Below are positions 39,173-51,033 of a stretch of DNA of 64,000 nt, in pieces (positions within the stretch are counted from its first letter, which is position 1; every line of letters begins with the position of its first letter). A program made the position numbers and the translations under genes. The DNA is taken from positions 45,249,964 through 45,313,963 of the forward strand of contig NC_068993.1 of NCBI RefSeq assembly GCF_001194135.2. The letters run 5' to 3'. The stretch is from Octopus bimaculoides (taxonomy: Eukaryota). The notes beneath the pieces were generated by a model. That model was not told the DNA's origin and searched no databases. It saw nothing but the letters and a program-made list of their open reading frames with translations.

Positions 39173-39854
39173 GTAAGTACTTTGCACAGACTGTGTGACT
39201 TTTTTTATTTTAGTCTTTCCTTCTGTTTTATATCTCTCTGTTCTCATATATATATATATCTGCCACTCTCTTTCGTTTCCCCTTGCTTTGAGGTATACTG
39301 TGTTTTTAAACACAATACGTCTTTAAGGGGGTCTCCCCTGGACGAAATACTGCAGCTTCACAGCGTTTAACGACGCGCATACATCAAGTATGTCATTTTG
39401 ATAATGTTTATATTATTTAAGCTGCTACTGATGTAAATTCTAACACACACACACACGTCTCTGTTCTCTTTCTTTATCTGTTTTTGATCAAATTATATCT
39501 TTTAGTCTTTATGTTATCAACTGCTATATATTGATATATTGCATGCCTAAATGAATAGCTATCATTAGTTCAACAGCAGACGGTAGAATGAATAATCACC
39601 GAAATCTTTAGATGTCCCGCACAGCAAATATGCTATATTTCTTTCACATACAGACAAACACATTGGCACACACACAACGCGCATGCACACACGAAGACAC
39701 AAATGCGCACGCGCCCTCACAAATACATACAAACATCTGAAGAGAGCCGGTTTTATTGAAAAATCGAATTTAGTTTTCTACCAATTTTAATTAGTCCTTC
39801 AAGATGTGTACCTGTTGTATTCATATCATATTTTCTCTGTGTATTTTGTTGCAG
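39173..39854 (+). other. 682-bp GT-AG intron (phase 1) of the mucin-like gene
   Basis: GTAAGT donor and a T/C-rich tract ending in GCAG; the phases match on both sides. Confidence 0.78.
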
Positions 39855-42769
39855 GTGTGACTAGTATGAGCAGCCAGAGACTGAAGCCGAGCAAGACTCT
39901 AACAGATACTATTCAAACACAGATATTAAGTTCTGCAGTGGCGGCCAGTAACACATTACGCACTACACAGATAGCTTCTTCTCTTTCCTCTTCAGATGAC
40001 GCTCTCAAGAGCCAAACATCTTTGGAACCTTCTCAAACACTGACAGCACCCAAAACGTTGTCAAAAAGTTCCATATCTACATTATATGGAATTACCAGAT
40101 CTACTCGTTCATTATTACATGATACTTCTACATTGACGGGAACATCTACACATGCTTTACCGAAATCATTGAGAACAGAGACACCGGTACTTTCAAGAAG
40201 TGTGCCAATAATACCAGAGAATACTATGACCGCCACCAAATCTGTAAAACTCACCGATGATTCAACAGCTTTGTCACCGCAACGTACTTCGGTTGAGTCA
40301 GTGCATATTCCTACTACCACATCTACGGAGCAAGAACATTCGCCATCAAAATCTTTTGTTGTCCTTTCAAGCAGTGTCGTAAATAAAGTTGAGCATGTCG
40401 AGAGGTCTACGAAAATGGTTTCCCACTCGTCGTTAGCTAACGTTCATTTGACTCCATCGATGACCTCCGACATGATTTCAACAACTCACTCCTCAACCAT
40501 ACAGCCTTCGCCTTCACTTGCAACTCCACAAAAAACTGACGTCACATCGACGCTTTTAGTCCCTTCAAGGGTCATGTTGTCAGAAGGCACACACTCGACT
40601 GCACAGTCATCGCAAGGTTATGTGACGCATTCTGTCTCTCCTTCAGATCAGAGCACTTCTCGTCCAGTCAGGCTCACGTCTCAACCAAATATACCACCAT
40701 CAGTCGATTCAGTGACGCCATCTACAACTTTATTTGTTAGTAGAAATAAGTCGGTGAACCCCGGCCGCACGTCTTCAGTTCCTCCTATGATACCACCGAC
40801 CAATCAGCCAACCAGTACAAACAATATTCCTACAAATACGATTTCCACTCAAGCTGACTTTGCTTCGAAAATAAACAGCCAACCCTTCTTAGTCTCAAGC
40901 TCTTCGCTGAGTTTGTCTTCGAGAATTGAATCTACTCCACAAGACAGCTCAGTGTCATCACTTAGCCAAGGCAGCTCCGCTTCTCAGCAAACCATATCTC
41001 TTCCTTTCACACCAAATTCTAAAGCGACATTGTTGTCTTCTGAATCACAGAAGACAGATGGCACATATGAAATAACTTCTCCAATATCAACACCGACGCT
41101 AAATTCACAATTGGTGGAGACGAAATGGAGTAGCTCTGTGGAATCCGGAAAATTCACGGAGACTTCATTGTCTTCGAATTCCAACAAAAGCTCCACAGCT
41201 TTTCCTGAGTTGGCAACTTCAAATGTGAGGGTCACTGACAACTTGTTAGAATCCTCATCTCCGGTTAGTTTAACCCAAACTGTCATTCCTTCTGAAACTG
41301 AACCAATATCTTTGACTTTATCAGTCACATCGACTCCATACATGTCATCCAATTTATCTCACATTGAACTGTTGAAACCGTCACATTCTACAAGCTATAA
41401 TACCATGTCAATGTACACAAGTTCTGTTGAATTGCATTCAGCATTGACATCCATTATCACTGAAATTATTCCAACAAGAACGAAAGTAAATATGTCGAAG
41501 ACATATTTTAACGCATCAAACACGTCGGGTTTAGTCTTTTCCACAGCGAACACTGTTTTTGTCTCTGTCTCAAGTTCACAAATTGGAATACCGATATTAT
41601 CTCGATCAACGCAATATTCCAAATTATTGAAATCCCCGAAGACTTTGTCAGCCGATTCCACGATATCAAAGCATAGTTCTACAGTTACTGTGTATTCCAT
41701 CACACCGTCAAACCATGAGACACAAATGCATACGCGCATCTCTCACCCGACGCAGACGGTTATAAAAACGACGAATTCAACACCACTGGGGGCATCTACT
41801 ACGCTTCCTCCGCACAACAAAACCTTTGAAATAGTTTTCAATGGTCTGTGCACTCCTCTCGCGGAGAGACACTTATACGGGCAGTTCTCAGATAATATCC
41901 GTTACATAGTCAGTCGCAAACTGTCGATCAGCTACGACTCTGTCGTTGTACATAACTTAACATGTGCCTCTGTACACGTATATGTCACTCTCCTGAACAT
42001 CGTAACTCAAAGAATTACAGAGAATTTCAAAGAGTTAGTTGGTTCAAGAAAACTGAATATCAGTGTGATTTCCAAGCAAGGCGAGCTTCATTATTCAGCC
42101 GTGAAATTGAAAACGATCGCCGAACCAAGCGTTCAGAAAGAGTTACAGACAGGCGCTTACGAGAAAGACTCTAAAACGAGTGTAATCACCATTGCATGTT
42201 CAGCTATAGTTGCCATGCTGGTCATAGGCTTAGTTGTAGCTCTACGTGAATGTTATAGAAGGAAGCATACGCAGACATTCGACTTAACCAATACACCAAA
42301 CGTTCATATGAAACTTGAAGATTTCACACTCACAAGAATTCCTCGCTCGAGCACATGGTATTCTGATGAAGGTGTGGCAATACAAAGATTCTCAGAAACA
42401 AATGGTAGCACAATGCAAAAATCCTCAAACGGTATTTCAAAACAGCCGACAATCTCGTGTATTTCTGATATATTAAAAGACAAAGAAGCCGACGGAGAAG
42501 AATTGCGACCATTCTCTTATTCCATCTTGTCTAACAATAGTAGAAAAGACAGCCAGGATACCACGGTTTCAATTACAAGCGACAGTAATTTTGCTTATTC
42601 CACAGACAGTCTCGTGCCGCTACCAAAAAGCAGCTCTGGTATGCATGGTGCCGTGAATCCTATCTACTTTGGCGATGAAATGCCTCAGATGGGTTCTAAC
42701 AACAGACTTGACCAAAACGTGAATCCATCAGACACACACGAACAATTCAGACAAGTCTACAACCAATAG
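39855..42769 (+). CDS. Coding exon 2: Ser/Thr-rich mucin stalk, SEA-like domain, TM helix, cytoplasmic tail and stop (protein 987 aa with exon 1)
   Basis: A 2.9-kb stop-free frame in otherwise stop-rich DNA, preceded by a polypyrimidine tract and acceptor (ttttctctgtgtattttgttgcAG|). The translation has an S/T/P-rich stalk, multiple N-x-S/T sequons, a hydrophobic 21-mer VITIACSAIVAMLVIGLVVAL followed by the basic RECYRRKH, and ends at TAG 42767-42769. Confidence 0.92.
41813..42109 (+). other. SEA-like juxtamembrane globular domain with two Cys
   Basis: ~100-aa non-low-complexity segment (HNKTFEIVFNGLC...LSISYDSVVVHNLTCASVHVYVTLL...YSAVKL) between stalk and TM. The alternating hydrophobic beta-strand pattern and position are typical of SEA modules. 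Cys codons at 41849 and 41963. No HMM run. Confidence 0.55.
42182..42244 (+). other. Single transmembrane helix
   Basis: 21 hydrophobic residues VITIACSAIVAMLVIGLVVAL followed by the positive-inside cluster R-E-C-Y-R-R-K-H. Confidence 0.88.
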
Positions 42770-42822
42770 ACTTCATGAAACAGGACAAAACCAATGAACT
42801 AAACAACAAAAAATAAATAGAA

Positions 42823-42823
<1 letters not shown>

Positions 42824-42883
<60 letters not shown>
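42824..42883 (+). repeat. (TAA)20 microsatellite in the proximal 3' UTR
   Basis: Pure TAA run starting 55 nt after the stop codon. Confidence 0.9.
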
Positions 42884-42884
<1 letters not shown>

Positions 42885-43620
42885 TCCCAATTTGCTTAAA
42901 TTACATTACATATTTAAATCAGTTTACTATTTGTCCTTATAATGTTGAGCTAGACTTTCCACTTTGTATTTTTTTTAAAAGGAACCTATTTTGGACAAAC
43001 ACTAGTCTTCTTTCTCTCTCTCTCTATCTATTAAAAATAAAATAAAACAAAACAAACATTGTTTTATAATCTTGAACAAATTTTTCTATCTAGTTAAAAA
43101 AATATAATTAGGTATTTCTATTATGTCCTTAAACAAGTCTTTCTACCCACCTTAAAGAGACATTCTTTTCTGCATGACTTCTAGCAACTATTTTCTGTCA
43201 AGCTTCGATAAAAAAAAACTAAAAAAAACCCCAACAAACTAATTAATAATGTAGTATTATAACAGCGTTGAGCAAGACTCATCATTTTACTTTGCCTCCG
43301 ATACTTTATCGGATGTTAACATAGACAGGCAGTGGACTTATCCACCATCTACGTGGTCGGATGTTTGAGTTAAATGAAGGACATTTACTGCTGTGAGACA
43401 AAAAATACAAAAAAATACACAAAAAAAAATATAAAGGAGAAGAGTACTCAATTACAAAACATGTAAATACCTACTCTAAGAAAAATTCTATCCAAACCAC
43501 AAAAAAAAAAAAAAAAGAATCATTTGCCCAGTAGCATTACAGGGCTTTCACCAGGAATGATTACTGTGAATTATTGTCTTGGTATAACTACTCAGCGGTG
43601 AACAGCAACAGTATATATAC

Positions 43621-44150
43621 ATAACTTTTTTCATGAAAAATATAGATATGTTCGGCCCACACACAAAACACCACTTTCACTCGCACAAAACTCCACTGCT
43701 ACCCACACAAAACGCTACTTCTACCCGCATAAAACACCACTTGTGCCCACACAAAATACCGCTTTCTCAGATACCGTTTCTAACATGAAAAATACCATTC
43801 TTTCACACATAAACAATCCACTATTTCTACACATAAAAAAAAAAACAAGACACACTTACACATACAAGCAAGACATCACTATTTTTCTTACCCGCACAAG
43901 GCATTACTTTCACCCACACAAAGCCTACTTTTACTTTGACAAAAATACTACTTTCACACGAATGCAACACGCTACTTCAACGCTCCAAAACGCGATTTAC
44001 TCAGAGAAAACATTACCAACTTTTTTTCATGAAAAATATAGACCTGTTCAGCCCACACACAAACACCACTTTCACCCGCACAAAACTCTACTTCTACCCA
44101 CAAAAAGCACTACTTCTACCCACACAAAACTCCACCTCTGCTTATACAGC
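43621..44150. repeat. ~20-bp minisatellite (acccacacaaaac(a/t)c(c/t)actt(c/t)-like) with a ~400-bp higher-order duplication
   Basis: The block aactttttt(t)catgaaaaatataga...gcccacacacaaa...accactttcac.cgcacaaaactc occurs at ~43623 and ~44018. Confidence 0.75.
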
Positions 44151-44771
44151 CACCACTTCTTTCCACCCCCAAACACACCCGCTGCCCTAGCTACACACAG
44201 AACTCCAAAGAATTAATTAAAAAAAAGGCAAATAATAAATAAAAAAAAGAAAGCAAACAATACAAAAATAAAAACATAAATCAAAACAAAACAAAACTAA
44301 AAAAAAAACAACTTAAAACATGTTTGTTGATAGTGACGTGTATTACTTGTTTGGTCTTGTTCTCGGCGCTGATTCTAATAAAACTCACAGAATTATAAAG
44401 AATTCTTTCACCTATCAAGTCCACCCTCATCACTGATGATCATCATGTGCCCATTACCCCTGACCACCATCACAACCATCCACCACCATCGTCCATCACC
44501 ATCCAGCTAACCAACCAACCAACCAACCAACCAACCAACTAAAGAAAAACCTAACGCCACCCCAACACCATCCCCACTGTAGCCCAACATACCTCATCAC
44601 CATCATCACTATGACCACATACCCATGCGTCACTTACACTTCGTCACACATATATACCCACCGTTCTTGATACTTTATATACACTCACACACCCTGAGAC
44701 GTTCACATTTCACAGTTCCAGGTGTGTAAAAACCACACACTTAAGAGAAACCTCCAACATACATGTTTTAC

Positions 44772-44825
<54 letters not shown>

Positions 44826-45089
44826 TCATTCTTCTCAAAAGTAAGCAGACACTCACCAATTTTGAAAGATACACGACTAGAAAGTATATTACTGGTACTA
44901 ATGCCAGTTCGAAGTTGTTTATATGGGGCAACTTTAAAAACTGGAACTAAAATTTCCTGCAATTCAGATCGCCTCATAGTCCCGGAAGACAAACTGGAAA
45001 AGGCGTTACTCCGGACGATGACGAGGGAGATGTACTGGAAGAGCTGCTCTGACACACGGGGCTTGTTTAATGTATTTAAATACTTAGCC

Positions 45090-46120
45090 TCGTATTTAGT
45101 TGCCATGCTTTCTACAGTTTGTAATAATTTAACACGTTTGGGCAACGAACTAATGAGTTAAAAAAATTGTCTCCTGTGAAATTTCTGCCCAGGCTGCTCA
45201 CATAGTGAACAAATCTGTCTTTGATGTTGGATATCATGGCTTTTACGGCACTACTCTATCTAGTATGCCCTAAAGGTGTTCAATATGGTTTATATAAGGA
45301 GACTGGCTTGGCCAAGGAGCTCTTCTGGTTCTATTTTTTCTCTTGTCGGTCGCTAGTCGTTTTAGCTATGTGACATGGAGCATCATCCTCCATATATGTG
45401 TCATTTTTTTAACATCTGTTTCCTGGAGAAAAATGAGAGAAGGTGTTTCTGAAAGATAGAGATGTATTATTCTGAATTTATATTGTCAATACACTCCACC
45501 ATTTCTGAACGACCAGTGCTTCAAATTGCTCCACTGACCGTCACCAAAAAACCGCATTGTTTTTAAGTTATTTGTTGTTGACGTAAAACAAACTTTTGAT
45601 TTGGCAGTCTCAAGATTCCCCCACACCCACTGTCAGAACTTTGTGCGGATCTCTTCGGGGAATATGCCAGTTTCTCAGAATCCTATGGATATCTCTAATA
45701 CCTCATTTGTCCACTCTTTTTTTCTTTGCATATACTTGCTGGTCGAAGAAGAGGCTTCCTTTTCGCTGCTTTGCCATAGTAGCCAAGTTGATGGAGATAT
45801 CTCACAAAGGTACTCCAACTCACTTGGAGTTGCTCTGCAACATCTGCTGCCTTACAACGGGGGATAAGTATTTTCAACTATCCGTTTGATATCTCGAAGT
45901 CACCTGTCAGAGGGCTCAGATCAACTTGAAAGGAAAGCTGTTGATTCTTTTCCGTTACTGGTGAATTGTGCAATGACTCTGTTGACTTTGGCAAGAGGAA
46001 TCGCAAGGTTCTGTGTAATTTTAAGCTAGATTAAGTCCGTTCTCAGATTGACTTGCAATACGTTCTCTTTGAATATCGGACAATTCTTTGGTCTCTGGTG
46101 CTCGCAGCATGGCTAAATGC
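45090..46120 (-). mobile_element. Tc1 (DD34E-type) transposase, nearly full length but heavily degraded
   Basis: Minus-strand pieces: KELSDIQRERI (N-terminus), QVSWSTFVRYLHQLGYYGKAAKRKPLLRP, EDDAPCHIAKT, PWPSQSP..PIEHL, and PKRVKLL..ATKY (C-terminus). Confidence 0.85.
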
Positions 46121-46287
46121 GATAACGACTAATATACTGTAATGCGAAATGAAAAATAATTATACATTACGAAGTTTGAAGCATAAGGTAGAGTCTACAT
46201 AGAGTAGATAATATAACGAGAGGTCACTATTTACTTCTCATACATACATACGTACATACATACATACATACACATACACACACACAC

Positions 46288-46341
<54 letters not shown>

Positions 46342-46488
46342 ATACGTACACTGATATATTCATAAACATGCATCATTCAACATATTTCAGAAAGGCATAT
46401 AAACACTCACTCACGCATGCATGTATGTGTATGTGTGTGTGTGTGTGTGTGTCTTTGTGCGTGTGAATGTGAGTGTTTGTGTATGTAT

Positions 46489-46519
<31 letters not shown>

Positions 46520-46838
46520 AGTATTTTGATAAAAGGTACATTTTCGCTGAACTCAATGTATTTAATAAATCATTAACACGAAAACCAACTCCTTCGAGTT
46601 CTTTATTCTAGCGACCCCAAGAAATCACACACACACACACACTCACACGCACACACACACACCTCCACCATCACCACTACCACCACCACCATAATCACCG
46701 CCACATATTTAATCATATAAGTACACACATAGGCCACACAGAAACACAGACTCACATACTCACACGCATCCGCTCGCGCACCCAATAACATACATTTATA
46801 CATACTTTCTCCTGTGTATGTTCAAAGTCGGACATGAG

Positions 46839-46871
<33 letters not shown>

Positions 46872-47284
46872 GTATACATATACTCATATTTCTATATACA
46901 CATGTATATATAGATATACAGTCACACACTCATATATATGTATACACATATATATATATATATATATTCACACACACATATACAAGAATTTATATATNNN
47001 NNNNNNNNNNNNNNNNNNNNNNNNNNNNNNNNNNNNNNNNNNNNNNNNNNNNNNNNNNNNNNNNNNNNNNNNNNNNNNNNNNNNNNNNNNNNNNNNNNNN
47101 NNNNNNNNNNNNNNNNNNNNNNNNNNNNNNNNNNNNNNNNNNNNNNNNNNNNNNNNNNNNNNNNNNNNNNNNNNNNNNNNNNNNNNNNNNNNNNNNNNNN
47201 NNNNNNNNNNNNNNNNNNNNNNNNNNNNNNNNNNNNNNNNNNNNNNNNNNNNNNNNNNNNNNNNNNNNNNNNNNNNNNNNNNNN

Positions 47285-47329
<45 letters not shown>

Positions 47330-48144
47330 TATAATTACATATAGATGCATATGTAATATATATACATGTTTATATATATGCATATAATTACATATACATG
47401 CATATATATATGTATATATATAATATATATGTGTATATACACAGACACACACACGCATATGTATAATACATATATATAATTACACACATACACATGCATA
47501 CACACACACATAAATAGACCACGCACATACACACTAGCTCTAGCTTTATCTCATCATAACATCCAATTCGTTCATATTATTCCCTGCTCATCATAATAAA
47601 AGTATAACTAATAATATAATAAAATCTGTTCTTTCTTTTCTTTCACTCTGGCTGTTATCATTGTTCTTGTTTAGTCATGGGCCAGTGTTGAACTGAGAGA
47701 CCTACGAAGCAATTAGTTACAGTCGTGGCTATTCCATTTACTTTCAACGTATTTACAGGAGTCATGAGAGCTGTTTCTAGGAAACTGATGAACCATATAC
47801 AGGTTCGCTAGTTGACTACACACACCAGTTGGTTACACACACACACTCACTCACACACACACAGACACACACACACACACTCACTCACTCACACACACAC
47901 ACGCACGCACGCACACACACACACACACGCACGCACACACGCACGCGCGCACACACACACACACACATACACACAAACACACGCACTTGTTAATATATGT
48001 ATGGGTGCAGCATCGAATTTCCAGCAGAATAGGTTCCATGTCCTTCCCGGATAAACCGTTCTGCCGAACTAGATTAGCTCCCTTTGGTCAACACCCTCTA
48101 ACTTAGTAATTCTATACATATCTTCTCTCTGAAGAAACGTAAAT

Positions 48145-48402
48145 GGTAAAGGGTAAAGATCCCCTTCGGTTATGAATAACCATGGGATTGCACCTAGAAA
48201 GTTCTCCTCCAAGGTACAAGTCCGGGCAAGGTTGTTTATAGAAGATCAGCAGTCGCTCATGCATACCATTGACACCAGTGACGTCGCATCTCATTTTTTG
48301 CAGCTGAATGAACTGGATCAACGTGAAATAGTGTCTTTCTCAAGAGCGCAATACACAACCCGGGTCAGGAATCGAACTCTAGCCACTGAGCCATGTGCCT
48401 TC
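48145..48402 (-). mobile_element. CORE-like SINE (family C-related), internally deleted
   Basis: cattttttgcagctgaatgaactggatcaacgtgaaatagtgtctttctcaagagcgcaatac...ggaatcgaactc..ccactgagcc; the core is shared with 31660-31878. Confidence 0.65.
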
Positions 48403-48719
48403 CAATGCATCATAGACCGACAGAATTTTAGATTGAATAAATATTAGATTCTCTTAAACACAAATACCTGTACATTTGTGCAAATGTCAAGTTTATTTAT
48501 ACTGTACTCTGCAAAGTACAGTTCTGTAAAGATATCTGTATCAATGAAACATGGTGGATTACACAAGATGTATTAAACAAAAATTAAAGGCAAATTTATT
48601 AATTTCTGTCCTTAAAACGAATGCTGTAGCACTAGTACTTTGAAATTGACAAATTTTAGAATTTTACTAGAAATGTGAATTTTATTATGTTTTACTGTTT
48701 ATTTCGTTGGTGATCAATT

Positions 48720-49720
48720 CATCTTAGATTTCTGATGCCGTAGGTTGAATATCCGGGTTGCTCGAAGTTGAAGCAAAAGGGCATCCATTATTCTTGGTTA
48801 TCTTTTCAAACATTTCCTCCGAGCGAAGTTGCTCCATGTGTTTTGATCTTTTCCTGCGTAGTTTTTCACGCAACAAATGTAAATTCATTAGTTCTCGTTC
48901 CGTAAAGACTGTATGTTGATCTATCCCTTTGATTACATCATTGACCAAACGCAATTAAGCTCCTTTGGAAAAGTCTTTCAGCTACATCTGTTTCATTTTC
49001 ATTATTGCCATCTTCATTACTTCCTCTGCTTTTATTAACATTCAGAACAGTATTTATAATTTCCGAGTCAACTGTAAGGTGATGCACAAAAGGTATTTCT
49101 TCGTCGATATTCATTCACTCTGTCAAATTTTCTTCATTATGGTTATTTGCTATATCCTTGCAAACAGATCTTGTGAAAGTTTTGTATACGCAAGCAACAC
49201 ATGAACACTATCTTACTTTGATAAATTAAATTCTGTGAAATTGCCGGATTTATTATCAAACATTTAGGTAGGTCATATCTTATGCCAGGCTTTCTTTGGT
49301 GTAGACACTTCCCCCTCTCCCATAATCTAGCAATGAACTTAAGAACATCCTTCTTATTAAATTCCTTAATAAATGCTGATAGAGACTTGTCAGTATTCAC
49401 CACATCAAAAATATACCTTATGAAAAGTGAGCAATACTTAACCTATAGAATACTGTATACCTTGGTCTTGGGGTTGAGAAGTGACATGCAGCTGAATACT
49501 ACCCAGCTGTGTGTCATACTGTATAATCATTTTCTTACACAACTATTCGAACTTTGGAGAAGGGGATGAATAGAAGTCCAGAAATCTTATACTGGACGAA
49601 TGTTCAAAATTTTTAGTCTTCTGGTAGGCCTACAAATGTACAGGCTCCTTTGGTTTCTAGTACATTAAAAGTTTTCAAACCGTTCTGTGGTAATTTTGGT
49701 TGTAATCGAACCATTGTTAC
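48720..49720 (-). pseudogene. Tigger/pogo (DDE_1-type) transposase C-terminal remnant
   Basis: Minus-strand pieces: GLPED, IQLHVTSQPQDQGI (cf. LPPN.TS..QP.DQGI), SLSAFIKEFNKKDVLKFIARLW / EVSTPKKAWHKI (cf. F.K.FN.KD...IA..W..V....L.KAW.K). Many stops. Confidence 0.55.
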
Positions 49721-50482
49721 TTGAACGATTCATGCCAGAATAAATTTTAACGTACATTCAAAGTGAGATACTAGCTGCATATATACTAGTTTGTTAACCG
49801 GATTGGAGATTTTCAACAAAATTTTGCAGATATAGTTGGAGATTAAAACAATACTTTTAAAATATCTAAGAAATAAACTCAGTTGTCATCTTTGCCTAAC
49901 ATGAAAACTACTATTATTCTTTATTCTAAAAAAAAAAAAAAAAACTAAAAAAAACTACTTGGATACAAGAACTGACTTACATCATACTGATTTGCATAAA
50001 TGTGTTATTTCGTTAATATAAATCATCCGAACCAGCATATTATTATATTGAAGTTAACATTTAATATTTCAATTATATTCTCTCCTCCTTTTTTTCTTCA
50101 TTCCTTTCACTAGTACTCTCATTCTCTCTTTTCTTTTCCTCAGTTAACTTCCAATGCTTTCTTTGCTGGCTTTCTTATTTAACCTAGTTCTCTTACTTTC
50201 TTGTCTTCTTTTATTTGCAGTTGTTTTCTCTTACTATTGCCATTTTGCCATATATANNNNNNNNNNNNNNNNNNNNNNNNNNNNNNNNNNNNNNNNNNNN
50301 NNNNNNNNNNNNNNNNNNNNNNNNNNNNNNNNNNNNNNNNNNNNNNNNNNNNNNNNNNNNNNNNNNNNNNNNNNNNNNNNNNNNNNNNNNNNNNNNNNNN
50401 NNNNNNNNNNNNNNNNNNNNNNNNNNNNNNNNNNNNNNNNNNNNNNNNNNNNNNNNNNNNNNNNNNNNNNNNNNNNNNNNNN

Positions 50483-50514
<32 letters not shown>

Positions 50515-51033
50515 TATAGATATATGTACATATATTTATGTATACATACATGCATAAAACATAATACACACACACACACACAGACACACATATACATACA
50601 TATATTCTTGCAGCATGTAACCAGCGTTATTGGGGTTAAAAAAGAACTTTAATTACACCAGTCTCTTATAACATGATTTATTTCTTTCCTTCACCACCTT
50701 TAGAAAAACGATCTCTTCTGGAGTCTGATCTGATTATCTTTATAATTACATAAATAACTGTACAATGCCTGTGGGTATAATCCAGACAAAACTAATGACT
50801 AAAACTTTGCGTACTTTGTTTCTTTATAAACAAGTATTTCAGTTAATCCTGCTCAAGTTAACCCCTCTACCTACCCCTGAATAGTTTACATACAATAAAA
50901 GCATCATAAATTTGAATACGTTCGTATGCCGTGAGGATATATAAGATTTGTGTTCGAGCTTTCGAGTAAATTTTAAAGGCTTTGACTGGAAACATCACAA
51001 TTCACTCTTTATTACTTTTTTTCATTTTCTGCC

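Noticed and set aside
39806-39854. ORF-track N-terminus MYLLYSYHIFSVYFVAG as the start and signal peptide
   Set aside because: It starts at GTG, not ATG. It is the T-rich polypyrimidine tract and AG acceptor of the intron, and a better ATG exon with matching phase exists at 39124-39172.
40033-42512. Antisense ORFs inside the mucin exon (40033, 40984, 41395, 42330)
   Set aside because: Shadow frames expected opposite Ser/Thr-rich coding sequence; no independent features.
43621-44150. CRISPR-like repeat-spacer array
   Set aside because: The units are contiguous and degenerate with no unique spacers, the context is eukaryotic, and there are no cas genes.
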